Below are positions 48,136 through 58,595 of a DNA stretch of 64,000 nt, piece after piece; the first letter of the stretch is position 1; each line of letters begins with the position of its first letter. A program made the position numbers and the translations under genes. The notes below the pieces were generated by a model. The model was not told where the DNA came from. It did not search any database and worked only from the letters and a program-made list of their open reading frames with translations. The stretch lies in the NCBI GenBank assembly GCA_026417035.1, contig JAOAEA010000007.1, positions 9,652 through 73,651 on the forward strand. Reading direction: 5' to 3'. This stretch comes from Burkholderiales bacterium. Lineage in GTDB: Bacteria > Pseudomonadota > Gammaproteobacteria > Burkholderiales > SG8-39.

Positions 48136-49314
48136 ATGGACATCCGCTCGCTCAGCCTGATGGTCGTCGAGGACCAGGCGGTGCAACGCCAGGTCGCCGT
48201 CGGCATGTTGCGCAGCCTCGGCGTCTCCGCGATCCACGAGGCCGCCGATGGCTACCAGGCGCTCGACGCGCTGCGCGCGGCGCCCGAGTCGCCCGACGTG
48301 ATCGTCTGCGACCTGCGGATGCCCGGGATGGACGGCATCGAGTTCATCCGCCACCTCGGCGAGTCCAAGTCGGCCTCGTCGATCATCCTCGCGAGCGCGC
48401 TGGACCCGACGCTTCTCTCCTCCGTCGAAGCGATGGCGCGCGCCCAGGGTCTCTCGGTGCTCGGAACGATCCCGAAGCCGCTCTCGCGCGACCGCCTCGG
48501 CGAGCTCCTGGGGCGCTTCGAGCGCCCGGACCTCCTCGGTCCCAACGCCGGGCAACCGCGGGCGAGCGCGAACGAGCTCGAGGAGGCGATCGCCGACGGG
48601 CAGATCGTCGCCTACTTCCAGCCGAAGCTGCACGTCGAGGACGGGACGATCGCGGGCGCCGAGGCGCTCGCGCGCTGGCACCATCCGCGGCGCGGCGTGG
48701 TCGGCCCGGGCGAATTCATCCCGCTCGCCGAGGAGTGCGGGCTCATCGACGCGCTCACCTGGGTGATGCTCGAGCAGTCGATGGACGAGCTGAACACCTG
48801 GCGGCGCGCCGGACAGGACTGGGCCGTGTCGGTGAACCTGTCGCTGCCCTATCTCGAATACAACGGCGCGGCCGACCGCATCGCGGGGCTCGCCGAGCGG
48901 CACGGCGTCGACCCGCGCCACGTCGTCCTGGAGATCACCGAGAGCCTCGCCTCGGCCAACCTCGCGCCGGTGCTCGGCAACGTCGCGCGGCTGCGCATGA
49001 AGGGCTTCGGCGTCGCGATCGACGACTACGGCACCGGCTACTCGTCGCTCAAGCAGCTCGCGTCGATCCCGTTCACCGAGCTCAAGGTGGACCAGACCTT
49101 CGTCCACAACGCCAAGGGCAACCGGCAGCGCGAGGCGATCCTCGCCTCGAGCGTGGAGTTGGCGCGGCGGCTGCAGCTCGTGTCGGTGGCCGAGGGTGTC
49201 GAGACTCAGTCGGACCTGTCGGTTCTCGAAACGCTCGGCTGCGACCTGGTCCAGGGGTTCCTGTTCGCGCGGCCGATGGCGGCGCCCGACTTCGCGGCCT
49301 GGGCCGAGATCTGA
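48136..49314 (+). CDS. Response regulator with REC + EAL c-di-GMP phosphodiesterase domain
   Basis: [18 protein letters not shown]; [46 protein letters not shown]. Confidence 0.93.
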   Translation: MDIRSLSLMVVEDQAVQRQVAVGMLRSLGVSAIHEAADGYQALDALRAAPESPDVIVCDLRMPGMDGIEFIRHLGESKSASSIILASALDPTLLSSVEAMARAQGLSVLGTIPKPLSRDRLGELLGRFERPDLLGPNAGQPRASANELEEAIADGQIVAYFQPKLHVEDGTIAGAEALARWHHPRRGVVGPGEFIPLAEECGLIDALTWVMLEQSMDELNTWRRAGQDWAVSVNLSLPYLEYNGAADRIAGLAERHGVDPRHVVLEITESLASANLAPVLGNVARLRMKGFGVAIDDYGTGYSSLKQLASIPFTELKVDQTFVHNAKGNRQREAILASSVELARRLQLVSVAEGVETQSDLSVLETLGCDLVQGFLFARPMAAPDFAAWAEI

Positions 49315-49325
49315 GCGGAACTATT

Positions 49326-52300
49326 TCACGCCTCGCCCGGCGCGCCGCAGCCGCCTCCGCCGGGCGTCTCGATCACGAACACGTCGCCCGGCTGCATCGC
49401 GGCGCGATCGGCGCCTTCGAGCACCACGACCGTCCCGTCCGCGCGCTCGATGGAGTTGCGGCCCGGCTTGCCGGGCAGCCCGCCCGCGATCCCGTAAGGC
49501 GGCACGCGCCGGTGGCCTGACAGGATCGCCGCGGTCATCGGCTCGAGGAAGCGGATGCGCCGCACCACGCCGTCGCCGCCGCGCCACCGCCCCGCGCCGC
49601 CCGAGCCGCGCCGGATCGCGAAGCGCTCGAGCACGACCGGAAACCGCCACTCGAGCACCTCCGGGTCGGTGAGCCGCGTGTTGGTCATGTGCGTGTGTAC
49701 CGCGTCGGTGCCGGCGAAGCCGCCCCCGGCGATGCCCCGCGCCGGGTCCAGGAGGCCCGCGCCCGAGCCGCCACAGATGGTCTCGTAGTACTGGTAGCGG
49801 TCGTTGCCGAAAGTGAAGTTGTTCATCGTCCCCTGCGCGCCGGCCATCACGCCGAGCGCGCCGTAGAGCGCGTCGGTGATGGCCTGCGACGTCTCGACAT
49901 TGCCCGCGACGACCGCCGCCGGATACCGCGGCCGCAGCATCGAGCCCTCCGGGATCGCGACCTCGAGGGGCGCCAGGCATCCCTCGTTGAGCGGAATGTC
50001 GTCGTCGACGAGCGTGCGGAACACGTACAGCACCGCCGCCATGGTCACGGCTGCCGGCGCGTTGAAGTTGTTGGCGAGCTCGCCCGACGTGCCGGTGAAG
50101 TCGATGCGGGCCGAGCGTGCGGCGCGGTCGATCGCGATCCTCACGCGCACGACCGCGCCGTGGTCCATCGCGTAGGCGAACTCGCCGTCGCGCAGCACCC
50201 CGATCACCCGCCGCACCGCCTCCTCGGCGTTCGCCTGCACGTGACGCATGTAAGCGTGCACGACCGGCAGCCCGAACAGGGCCACCATGCGCCTGAGCTC
50301 CTGCACGCCCTTCTCGTTGGCGGCGACCTGGGCGCGCAGGTCGGCGAGGTTTTGCGCGACGTTGCGCGCCGGATGCGGTCCGGAGGCGAGCAGCGCCGCC
50401 ATCTCCGCCTCGCGGAACCGGCCCTCCTCCACCAGGAGGAAGTCGTCGATCAGCACGCCTTCTTCCTCCACCACGCGGCTGTCGGGCGGCATCGAGCCGG
50501 GCGTGATGCCGCCGATGTCGGCGTGGTGCCCGCGCGAGCCGACCCAGAAGAGGATGTCCCGTCCCGCCTCGTCGAAGACCGGCGTGACGACGGTCACGTC
50601 CGGGAGGTGCGTGCCGCCGTTGTAGGGCGCGTTCAGCACATAGACGTTGCCGGGCCGGATGCGCCCGCGGTTTTCGCGGATGACGGTCCGCACCGACTCG
50701 CCCATCGAGCCGAGGTGCACCGGGAGGTGCGGGGCGTTCGCGACCAGGTTCCCGCCGGCGTCGAAGACCGCGCACGAGAAGTCGAGCCGCTCCTTGATGT
50801 TCACGGAGTGGGCGGTGTTGGCGAGCCGCACGCCCATCTGCTCGGCGATCGCCATGAAGAGGTTGTTGAAGATCTCGAGCATCACCGGGTCGGCGCTCGT
50901 GCCGACGGCGACGCGCCGCGGACGCGACGCCACGCGCTCGAGCACGAGGTGCCCGAGGTCCGTGACGGTGGCGCCCCAGCCGGGCTCGATCACCGTGGTC
51001 GCGTTCGCCTCGGCGATGATCGCCGGGCCCTCGACCGCGACGCCCCGGGCGAGCGCGTCGCGGCGGAAGAGCGGCGCATCGTGCCAGCGGCCGCCCGAGT
51101 ACATCCGCACCCGCGCCGCCGGCCGGTGCTCGCGCCGCAAATCGGCAGGCCGCTCGGCCGGCGCGTCGGAGGCGCCGGTCGCCTCGACCGAGACCGCCTC
51201 GACCACGAGCGGCTTGTCCGGCATCAGGAACGAGTAGCGCTGCCGGTACGCGGCCGCGAAGGCCTCGCGCATCGCCGGCACCGTGTCGAGCGGCACGACG
51301 AGCGGCACGTCGGTGCCTTCGTAGCGGATGTGCGCGCGTCGCGCCACCCGGATCCGCTCCGGCGGCACGCCCTGCGCGACGAGCTCGGCGCGCGCGGCGA
51401 TCGCGAGCGCTTCGGCGCGCTCCTCGAGCGCACGGCGCACGCTGTCGTCGAGACGCTTCTCGATCGACGCCTCGCGCATCGCGACGCGGTCGGCGAGCCC
51501 GATGCCGTACGCCGAGAGCACGCCGGCGAGCGGGTGGATGAAGATGCGCGTCATCCCGAGCTCGTCGGCGACCTTGCAGGCGTGTTGGCCGGCCGCGCCG
51601 CCGAAGCAGCAGAGCGTGTAGCGCGTGACGTCGTGCCCGCGCTGCACCGAGATGTGCTTGATCGCGTTCGCCATGTTCGCCACCGCGATGTCCACGAAGC
51701 CCTCGGCCACGGCTTCGGGCGGCCGCTCGTCCCCGGTGGCGCGGCGGATCTCGGCGGCCAGCGCGGCGAACTTCTCGCGCACGGTCCCGGCGTCGAGCGG
51801 CTCGTCGCCCGCGGGCCCGAAGACGCGCGGGAAGAAGTCGGGCTGAATCTTGCCGAGCATGACGTTCGCGTCGGTGACCGCGAGCGGCCCGCCGCGGCGG
51901 TAGCACGCCGGCCCGGGGTTGGCGCCGGCCGAATCGGGCCCGACGCGGTAGCGGGAGCCGTCGAAGGCGAGGATCGAGCCGCCGCCCGCCGCGACCGTGT
52001 GGATCGACATCATCGGGGCGCGCATGCGCACGCCGGCGACCAGCGTCTCGAACTCGCGCTCGAGCTCGCCCGCGAAGTGGGAGACGTCGGTCGAGGTGCC
52101 GCCCATGTCGAAGCCGATGATGCGATCGAACCCCGCGGTGGCCGCCGCGCGCGCGGCGCCGACGACGCCGCCCGCAGGCCCGGAGAGGACCGAGTCCTTG
52201 CCCTGGAAGCGGCGGGCGTCCGCGAGCCCGCCGTTCGACTGCATGAAGAGGAGCCGCACGCCGGGGAGCTCCGCGGCAACCTCGTCGACGTAGCGGCGCA

Positions 52301-52955
52301 GGATCGGCGAGAGGTAGGCATCCGCCACCGTGGTGTCGCCGCGGGAGACGAGCTTCATCAGCGGGCTCACCTCGTGCGACGCCGACACCTGCGTGAACCC
52401 GATCGCGCGCGCCGCGGCGGCGAGCGCCGCCTCGTGCCGCGGGTAGCGGTAGCCGTGCATCAGGACCACCGCCACCGAGCGGAAGCCCTCGTCCCAGGCC
52501 GCCTGCAGATCGCGCCGCGCCGATTCGAGGTCGAGCGGGACGAGCACGTCGCCGCGGGCGTCCACGCGCTCGTCCACCTCGACCACCTTCGCATAGAGCA
52601 TCTCCGGCAGCACGATGCGGCGGGCGAAGAGGTGCGGCCGGTTCTGGTAGCCGATGCGCAGGGCGTCGGCGAAACCGCGCGTGACGAAGAGCACCGTCGG
52701 CTCGCCCTTGCGCTCGAGGAGCGCATTGGTGGCCACCGTCGTGCCCATCTTCACCGCTTCGATCCCGCCGACCGGAATCGGCTCGTCATGCGCGACGCCC
52801 ATGAGCTCGCGGATCGCCGCGATCGCGGCGTCCCGGTAGCGCTCCGGGTTCTCCGAAAGCAGCTTGTGCGTGACGAGCGCGCCGTCGGGGCGCAGCGCCA
52901 CGACGTCGGTGAACGTCCCGCCGCGGTCGATCCAGAACTGCCAGCGGCCCGCCAT
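49326..52955 (-). CDS. ATP-dependent 5-oxoprolinase (fused hydantoinase A/B, eukaryote-like)
   Basis: [67 protein letters not shown]. Confidence 0.93.
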   Translation of the reverse strand: MAGRWQFWIDRGGTFTDVVALRPDGALVTHKLLSENPERYRDAAIAAIRELMGVAHDEPIPVGGIEAVKMGTTVATNALLERKGEPTVLFVTRGFADALRIGYQNRPHLFARRIVLPEMLYAKVVEVDERVDARGDVLVPLDLESARRDLQAAWDEGFRSVAVVLMHGYRYPRHEAALAAAARAIGFTQVSASHEVSPLMKLVSRGDTTVADAYLSPILRRYVDEVAAELPGVRLLFMQSNGGLADARRFQGKDSVLSGPAGGVVGAARAAATAGFDRIIGFDMGGTSTDVSHFAGELEREFETLVAGVRMRAPMMSIHTVAAGGGSILAFDGSRYRVGPDSAGANPGPACYRRGGPLAVTDANVMLGKIQPDFFPRVFGPAGDEPLDAGTVREKFAALAAEIRRATGDERPPEAVAEGFVDIAVANMANAIKHISVQRGHDVTRYTLCCFGGAAGQHACKVADELGMTRIFIHPLAGVLSAYGIGLADRVAMREASIEKRLDDSVRRALEERAEALAIAARAELVAQGVPPERIRVARRAHIRYEGTDVPLVVPLDTVPAMREAFAAAYRQRYSFLMPDKPLVVEAVSVEATGASDAPAERPADLRREHRPAARVRMYSGGRWHDAPLFRRDALARGVAVEGPAIIAEANATTVIEPGWGATVTDLGHLVLERVASRPRRVAVGTSADPVMLEIFNNLFMAIAEQMGVRLANTAHSVNIKERLDFSCAVFDAGGNLVANAPHLPVHLGSMGESVRTVIRENRGRIRPGNVYVLNAPYNGGTHLPDVTVVTPVFDEAGRDILFWVGSRGHHADIGGITPGSMPPDSRVVEEEGVLIDDFLLVEEGRFREAEMAALLASGPHPARNVAQNLADLRAQVAANEKGVQELRRMVALFGLPVVHAYMRHVQANAEEAVRRVIGVLRDGEFAYAMDHGAVVRVRIAIDRAARSARIDFTGTSGELANNFNAPAAVTMAAVLYVFRTLVDDDIPLNEGCLAPLEVAIPEGSMLRPRYPAAVVAGNVETSQAITDALYGALGVMAGAQGTMNNFTFGNDRYQYYETICGGSGAGLLDPARGIAGGGFAGTDAVHTHMTNTRLTDPEVLEWRFPVVLERFAIRRGSGGAGRWRGGDGVVRRIRFLEPMTAAILSGHRRVPPYGIAGGLPGKPGRNSIERADGTVVVLEGADRAAMQPGDVFVIETPGGGGCGAPGEA

Positions 52956-53034
52956 GTCGTGGGTGGAAGAGTCCGGCCGCCCGAGTATATCCTCGGCGCA
53001 TGCCGGGCCCCGCCACCGCTTCGCCGAACGCAGG

Positions 53035-54141
53035 ATGAGCGTCGAGACGCTGGATGCGGTGGTCATCGGCGCCGGTGTGGTGGGCCTCGCCGTGGCGCGC
53101 GCGCTCGCTTACGCCGGCCGCGAGGTGGTGGTGCTCGAGGCCGCGGGCGCGATCGGCACCGGCACGAGCTCGCGCAACTCCGAGGTGATCCACGCGGGGA
53201 TCTATTACCCGCCCGGCTCGCTCAAGGCGCGCCTGTGCGTGGCGGGCAAGCACGCCCTCTACCGCTATTGCGCCGAGCGTGGCGTGCCGTTCGCGAACTG
53301 CGGCAAGCTCATCGTCGCGACCAGCCCGGAGCAACTCCCCGATCTCGAACGGCTCCGCGCGCAGGCCGAGGCGAACGGCGTTCGCGACCTCGCGCGTCTC
53401 GCGAGCGCTGAGGCAGCGTCGCTCGAGCCCGCGGTGCGCTGCGTGGGAGCGCTCCACTCGCCTTCGACGGGCATCGTCGACAGCCACGCGCTGATGCTCG
53501 CGCTCGCCGCGGACGCCGAGAGCGCGGGCGCGGCCATCGTCTTCATGAGCCCGGTGGAAGGCGGCGCGGCCGGTCCGCAGGGGATCGAACTCGCCGTGGG
53601 TGGTGCCGAGCCGGTGCGCGTGCGCGCCCGCTCGGTCGTGAACAGCGCCGGCCTCGATGCGCCCCGCGTCGCCCGGTCGATCACGGGGATCCCGCCCGAG
53701 ACGATCCCGCCCGCCTACTTCTGCAAGGGCAACTACTACACGCTCGCGGGCCGCTCCCCGTTCTCGCGGCTCGTCTACCCCGTGCCCGAATCCGCCGGGC
53801 TCGGCGTGCACGTCACCATCGACCTCGCGGGGCAGGCGCGCTTCGGCCCCGATGTCGAGTGGGTCGATGCGATCGATTACGACGTGGACCCGCGGCGCGC
53901 GGATGCGTTCTACGCCGCCATCCGGCGCTATTGGCCGGATCTGCCCGACGGAGCGCTCGCCCCGGGCTACGCCGGCATCCGCCCGAAGATCCACGCGCCC
54001 GGCGAGCCGGCGCGCGACTTCCTCGTCCAGGGACCCCGCGAGCACGGCGTCCCCGGGCTGGTGAACCTCTTCGGGATCGAGTCCCCCGGGCTGACGGCGA
54101 GCCTCGCGATCGGCGAGCACGTGGCGCGGCTGCTCGCCTGA
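53035..54141 (+). CDS. FAD-dependent oxidoreductase, L-2-hydroxyglutarate dehydrogenase-like
   Basis: [53 protein letters not shown]. Confidence 0.88.
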   Translation: MSVETLDAVVIGAGVVGLAVARALAYAGREVVVLEAAGAIGTGTSSRNSEVIHAGIYYPPGSLKARLCVAGKHALYRYCAERGVPFANCGKLIVATSPEQLPDLERLRAQAEANGVRDLARLASAEAASLEPAVRCVGALHSPSTGIVDSHALMLALAADAESAGAAIVFMSPVEGGAAGPQGIELAVGGAEPVRVRARSVVNSAGLDAPRVARSITGIPPETIPPAYFCKGNYYTLAGRSPFSRLVYPVPESAGLGVHVTIDLAGQARFGPDVEWVDAIDYDVDPRRADAFYAAIRRYWPDLPDGALAPGYAGIRPKIHAPGEPARDFLVQGPREHGVPGLVNLFGIESPGLTASLAIGEHVARLLA

Positions 54142-54222
54142 GGACGCGGCGCGCATTGTGCCCCGTGGGGAATTTCGCTACGCTAGGCGCGCCTTTCCCG
54201 GCCGAACCGAGGAGACCCCGAA

Positions 54223-55185
54223 ATGAAACTGCGCGCGCTCGTCGCCGCCGTCGCGCTCGCCGCCGGCGCGGCCCAGGCCCAGACGAAGTGGGACCTGCCG
54301 ACCGCCTACCCCGCGACCAACTTCCACACCGAGAACATCCAGCAGTTCGCCAACGACGTCGACAAGGCCACCGGCGGCAAGCTCAAGATCACGGTGCACC
54401 CGGGCGCCTCGCTCTTCAAGGCGCCGGAGATCAAGCGCGCGGTCCAGGGCGGCCAGGCCCAGGCCGGCGAGATCCTGCTCGTCAACTTCTCGAACGAGGA
54501 CCCGGTTTACGGCGTGGACGGCATTCCCTTCCTCGCCACGAGCTACGCCGAGGCGAGGAAGCTCTACGGCGCGCAGAAGAAGCAGCTCGAGGACCGCCTC
54601 GCCAAGCAGGGGATGATGCTGCTCTTCTCCGTGCCCTGGCCGCCGCAGGGCATCTATTCCAAGAAACCGCTCGCCAGCGTCGCCGACATGAAGGGCCTCA
54701 AGTGGCGCGCCTACAGCCCGCAGACCTCGCGCATCGGCGAGCTCGTCGGCGCGCAACCCGCGACCATCCAGGCCGCGGAGGTGCCGCAGGCCTTCGCCAC
54801 GGGCGTGATCGACTCGCAGGTCACCTCGGGCGCGACCGGCTACGACACCAAGGCGTGGGAATACGTCAAGAACTACTACGACACGCAGGCCTGGCTGCCC
54901 AAGAACGCCGTCATCGTCAACAAGAAGGCGTTCGACGCGCTCGACAAGGCGACGCAGGACGCGCTCCTCAAAGCCGCCGCCGAGGCCGAGGCCCGGGGCT
55001 GGAAGGTCTCCGAGGAGAAGAACGCCTGGTACCTCGGCGAGCTCGCCAAGAACGGCATGAACGTCGCGAAGCCGAGCCCGGAGCTCGCCGGGGGGCTCAA
55101 GAAGGTGGGCGACACCATGTTGAACGAGTGGCTCGAGAAGGCGGGGCCGGACGGCAAGGCGATCGTCGACGCCTACCGCAAGTAA
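54223..55185 (+). CDS. dctP: TRAP transporter substrate-binding protein (pyroglutamate-binding DctP6/7-like)
   Basis: Signal peptide; QTKWDLPTAYP, APEIKRAVQ, WPPQG, KGLKWRAYS, AWLPKN. Confidence 0.92.
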   Translation: MKLRALVAAVALAAGAAQAQTKWDLPTAYPATNFHTENIQQFANDVDKATGGKLKITVHPGASLFKAPEIKRAVQGGQAQAGEILLVNFSNEDPVYGVDGIPFLATSYAEARKLYGAQKKQLEDRLAKQGMMLLFSVPWPPQGIYSKKPLASVADMKGLKWRAYSPQTSRIGELVGAQPATIQAAEVPQAFATGVIDSQVTSGATGYDTKAWEYVKNYYDTQAWLPKNAVIVNKKAFDALDKATQDALLKAAAEAEARGWKVSEEKNAWYLGELAKNGMNVAKPSPELAGGLKKVGDTMLNEWLEKAGPDGKAIVDAYRK

Positions 55186-55194
55186 GCCCGGCGC

Positions 55195-55713
55195 ATGCGC
55201 CGCTGGCTCGACCGCCTCTACGACGCCGCCGGCATCCTGGCGGCGTTTTTCATGGTGGCGACGCTCGCCTGGGTGCTCGTCGGCATCGCCGGCCGCACGT
55301 TCCACTTCTACGTGCGCGGCACCGACGCCTACGCGGGCTACAGCATGGCGGCGGCCGGCTTCCTCGCGCTCGCCTACACGCTGCGCAAGGGCGAGCACAT
55401 CCGCGTGACCCTGCTCCTGCAGCACGTCGGACGGCGCTGGGCGCGCGCGCTCGAGCTGTGGAGCCACGGCGTCGGCGTCCTCGTCTGCGCCCTCCTCGCC
55501 TTCTATTCGGCGAAGCTCGCCTGGCAGTCCTACACCTTCCACGACATCTCGACCGGCAACGACGCCACGCCGCTCTGGATCCCGCAGCTCGCCATGGCCC
55601 TCGGCACCGCCGTGCTCCTCGTCGCGATGGGGGACGAGTTCGTGCGCCTTCTCGCACGCAAGCGGCTCGACGGCCACCCCCCGAACGCGCAAGAGCCGAT
55701 GCGGATGGAGTGA
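55195..55713 (+). CDS. dctQ: TRAP transporter small permease
   Basis: 4 TM; GEHIRVTLL, TPLWIPQ. Confidence 0.9.
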   Translation: MRRWLDRLYDAAGILAAFFMVATLAWVLVGIAGRTFHFYVRGTDAYAGYSMAAAGFLALAYTLRKGEHIRVTLLLQHVGRRWARALELWSHGVGVLVCALLAFYSAKLAWQSYTFHDISTGNDATPLWIPQLAMALGTAVLLVAMGDEFVRLLARKRLDGHPPNAQEPMRME

Positions 55714-55716
55714 GCC

Positions 55717-57021
55717 GTGGGCGACTTCTGGATCACCGCGCTCCTCATCGCGGCCCTCTTCCTGCTGCTCGGCACCGGCGTCTGGATCGGGCTCTCGCTC
55801 GTCGGCGTCGCCTGGATCGGCATGCAGGCCTTCACGTCGCGCCCGGTCGGCGACGCGATGGCGGTCACCATCTGGGGGTCCGCGTCGAGCTGGACCCTCA
55901 CCGCGCTGCCGCTCTTCATCTGGATGGGCGAGATCCTCTTCCGCACGCGCCTCTCCGAGGACATGTTCCGCGGCCTCGCGCCCTGGATGGAGCGGCTGCC
56001 GGGGCGCCTCCTGCATACCAACATCATCGGCTGCACGATCTTCGCCGCCGTGTCGGGATCGAGCGCGGCGACCGCGGCGACGATCGGCAAGATGACGCTG
56101 CCGGAGCTCGCGAAGCGCGGCTACCCCGAGGGCATCACCATCGGCTCGCTCGCCGGCGCCGGGACGCTCGGCCTGCTGATCCCGCCGTCGATCATCATGA
56201 TCGTGTACGGCGTGACGGCCGAGGTCTCGATCGCGAAGCTCTTCATCGCCGGCGTGCTGCCCGGCGTCCTGCTCGCGGCGCTCTTCATGGGCTACGTGAT
56301 GGCCTGGGCCCTCGCCCACCCCGGCGCCATCCCGCCCATCGAGCGGCGCACGACCTTCGTGCAGAAGCTGCACGCCTCGCGCCACCTGATCCCCGTGATG
56401 CTGCTCATCGCCGCGGTGCTCGGCTCGATCTACGCCGGCATCGCGACGGCCACCGAGGCCGCCGCGTTCGGGGTGGTCGGCGCGCTGGCGATCTCGGCGA
56501 CGCAGGGCTCGCTCACCCGCCGAACCTTCACCGAAAGCCTGCTCGGCGCGACGCGCCTCTACTGCATGATCGCGCTGATCCTCGCCGGCGCCTCGTTCCT
56601 CACGCTCTCCATGGGCTACATCGGGCTGCCGCGCCACCTCGCGGAATGGATCGGCACGCTCGGCCTCGCGCCGCTCGCGCTCGTGCTCGCGCTGATGGTG
56701 TTCTACATCGTGCTCGGCTGCTTCCTCGACGGGATCTCGATGGTCGTGCTCACGATGGCGGTGATCCTGCCGACCGTGCAGCGCGCCGGCATCGACCTCA
56801 TCTGGTTCGGCATCTTCGTCGTGCTCGTCGTGGAGATGGCGCAGATCACCCCGCCGGTGGGCTTCAACCTCTTCGTGCTGCAGGGCATGACCGGCAAGCA
56901 GATCACGTGGATCGGCAAGCACACCCTGCCCATGTTCGTCCTCATGATCGGCGCCGTGCTCGCCATCTGGTTCTTCCCCGGGATCGTGACTTGGCTGCCG
57001 CAGCAGATGAAGCTCGGTTAG
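55717..57021 (+). CDS. dctM: TRAP transporter large permease
   Basis: ALPLFIWMGE, SGSSAATAATIG, GTLGLLIPPS, ATATEAAA, QITPPVGFNLFV. Confidence 0.93.
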   Translation: MGDFWITALLIAALFLLLGTGVWIGLSLVGVAWIGMQAFTSRPVGDAMAVTIWGSASSWTLTALPLFIWMGEILFRTRLSEDMFRGLAPWMERLPGRLLHTNIIGCTIFAAVSGSSAATAATIGKMTLPELAKRGYPEGITIGSLAGAGTLGLLIPPSIIMIVYGVTAEVSIAKLFIAGVLPGVLLAALFMGYVMAWALAHPGAIPPIERRTTFVQKLHASRHLIPVMLLIAAVLGSIYAGIATATEAAAFGVVGALAISATQGSLTRRTFTESLLGATRLYCMIALILAGASFLTLSMGYIGLPRHLAEWIGTLGLAPLALVLALMVFYIVLGCFLDGISMVVLTMAVILPTVQRAGIDLIWFGIFVVLVVEMAQITPPVGFNLFVLQGMTGKQITWIGKHTLPMFVLMIGAVLAIWFFPGIVTWLPQQMKLG

Positions 57022-57031
57022 CGTCCGCGGC

Positions 57032-58558
57032 GTGCGCCGCGCTGCGGAAGTGGCGGGCGTGACGCGCGCCGTGGCCTTCGCGCCGGTCTGCACCGTCGCC
57101 GCGATCCGCGACATCGAGGCTGCGGCCTTCGCGCAGTCGCCGCCGGCGCCGCTGATGCAGCGCGCGGGGCTCGCCACGGCGGAGCTCGCACGCGAGCTCG
57201 CCGGCGGGGACGCCGCGGGCGTGCTGGTGCTCGCGGGCCCCGGCAACAACGGCGGCGACGCGCTCGAGGCGGCCGTCCACCTCAAGCGTTGGTTCTTCCG
57301 CCCGAGCGTCGTCTTCGCGGGCGACGCCGCCCGCCTTCCGCCGGATGCCGCCGCCGCGCTCGCCCGGTGGCGCGACGCCGGCGGCGAGCTGCTCGCCGAG
57401 ATCCCGCAGCGGCCCTTCGGCCTCGTGATCGACGGCCTCTTCGGCATCGGGCTCAAACGCCCGCTCGAAGGGCGGTACGCGGCCCTGATCGACGCGGCCA
57501 ACCGCATGGGCGCGCGCGTGCTCGCGGTCGACGTCCCGAGCGGCCTCGACGCCGACACCGGCGCGGCGCTCGGCGCGACCGTCCGCGCGACCCACACGCT
57601 CACCTTCATCGCGCTCAAACCCGGGCTGCTCACGCTCGACGGGCCCGACCATGCCGGCACCGTGCAGGTCGCGGCGCTCGGCCTCGATGCGGGCACGCCC
57701 GGCAGCGGATGCGGCGCGCTCGTGGCGGCCGCCATCCTCGACGCGCTGCCGCTCGATCGCCCCCGCAACTTCCACAAGGGCAACGCGGGCAGCGTCGCCG
57801 TCATCGGCGGCGCGCCGGGCATGGTGGGCGCGGCCTTGCTCGCGGGGCGCGCGGCGCTGCGCACCGGCGCGGGCAAGGTCTTCCTCGGCCTGCTCGCGCC
57901 GGACGCGCCCGCGGTCGACGTGGCGCAGCCCGAGCTCATGATGCGCCGGCCGGAGTCGCTGCTCGCCGACGTGCCCGTCGACGTGTACGCGGTGGGGCCC
58001 GGCCTCGGCCAGGACGCGGCCGCGCAGCGGCTGCTCGGCCAGGCGCTGCGGAGCGAGCGCACGGTGGTGCTCGACGCGGACGGCCTCAACCTGGTGGCCG
58101 CCTACTCGGTGCTGCAGCACGCGCTCGCATCGCGCCGGGCGGCGACGCTCATCACGCCGCATCCGGCCGAGGCCGCGCGGCTCGCCGGCACCGACACGGC
58201 AGCCGTGCAGGCCGACCGGCTCGCGGCCGCGCGCGCTCTCGCCGCGAAGTTCTCCTGCGCGGTGGCGCTCAAGGGCAACGGCACCATCGTCGCTGCACCG
58301 GACGGCCGCTGGTGGGTGAACGGCTCGGGCAACCCCGGGCTCGCGAGCGCCGGTTCCGGCGACGTGCTCACCGGCATCGTCGCGAGTCTCGCCGCGCAGG
58401 GCGCCGAGCCCGTCGACGCGCTGCTCGGCGGCGTCTGGCTGCACGGCGCGGCCGCCGACGCGCTCGCCGCCGCCGGCGTGGGCCCGATCGGCATCGCGGC
58501 GGGCGAGCTCGTCGACGCGGCGCGCACGCTCCTCAACCGGCGCGCGGCGCGGGCCTAG
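57032..58558 (+). CDS. nnr: Bifunctional NAD(P)H-hydrate epimerase/dehydratase
   Basis: LMQRAG, GPGNNGGDA, DGLFGIG, DVPSG, HKGNAG, GPGLG, LDADGL, TPHPAEAARL, GSGDVL; start uncertain. Confidence 0.92.
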   Translation: MRRAAEVAGVTRAVAFAPVCTVAAIRDIEAAAFAQSPPAPLMQRAGLATAELARELAGGDAAGVLVLAGPGNNGGDALEAAVHLKRWFFRPSVVFAGDAARLPPDAAAALARWRDAGGELLAEIPQRPFGLVIDGLFGIGLKRPLEGRYAALIDAANRMGARVLAVDVPSGLDADTGAALGATVRATHTLTFIALKPGLLTLDGPDHAGTVQVAALGLDAGTPGSGCGALVAAAILDALPLDRPRNFHKGNAGSVAVIGGAPGMVGAALLAGRAALRTGAGKVFLGLLAPDAPAVDVAQPELMMRRPESLLADVPVDVYAVGPGLGQDAAAQRLLGQALRSERTVVLDADGLNLVAAYSVLQHALASRRAATLITPHPAEAARLAGTDTAAVQADRLAAARALAAKFSCAVALKGNGTIVAAPDGRWWVNGSGNPGLASAGSGDVLTGIVASLAAQGAEPVDALLGGVWLHGAAADALAAAGVGPIGIAAGELVDAARTLLNRRAARA

Positions 58559-58595
58559 CGCCCCGCCGCCGCGCAAGCTCCGAAAGCTCCGCCCC

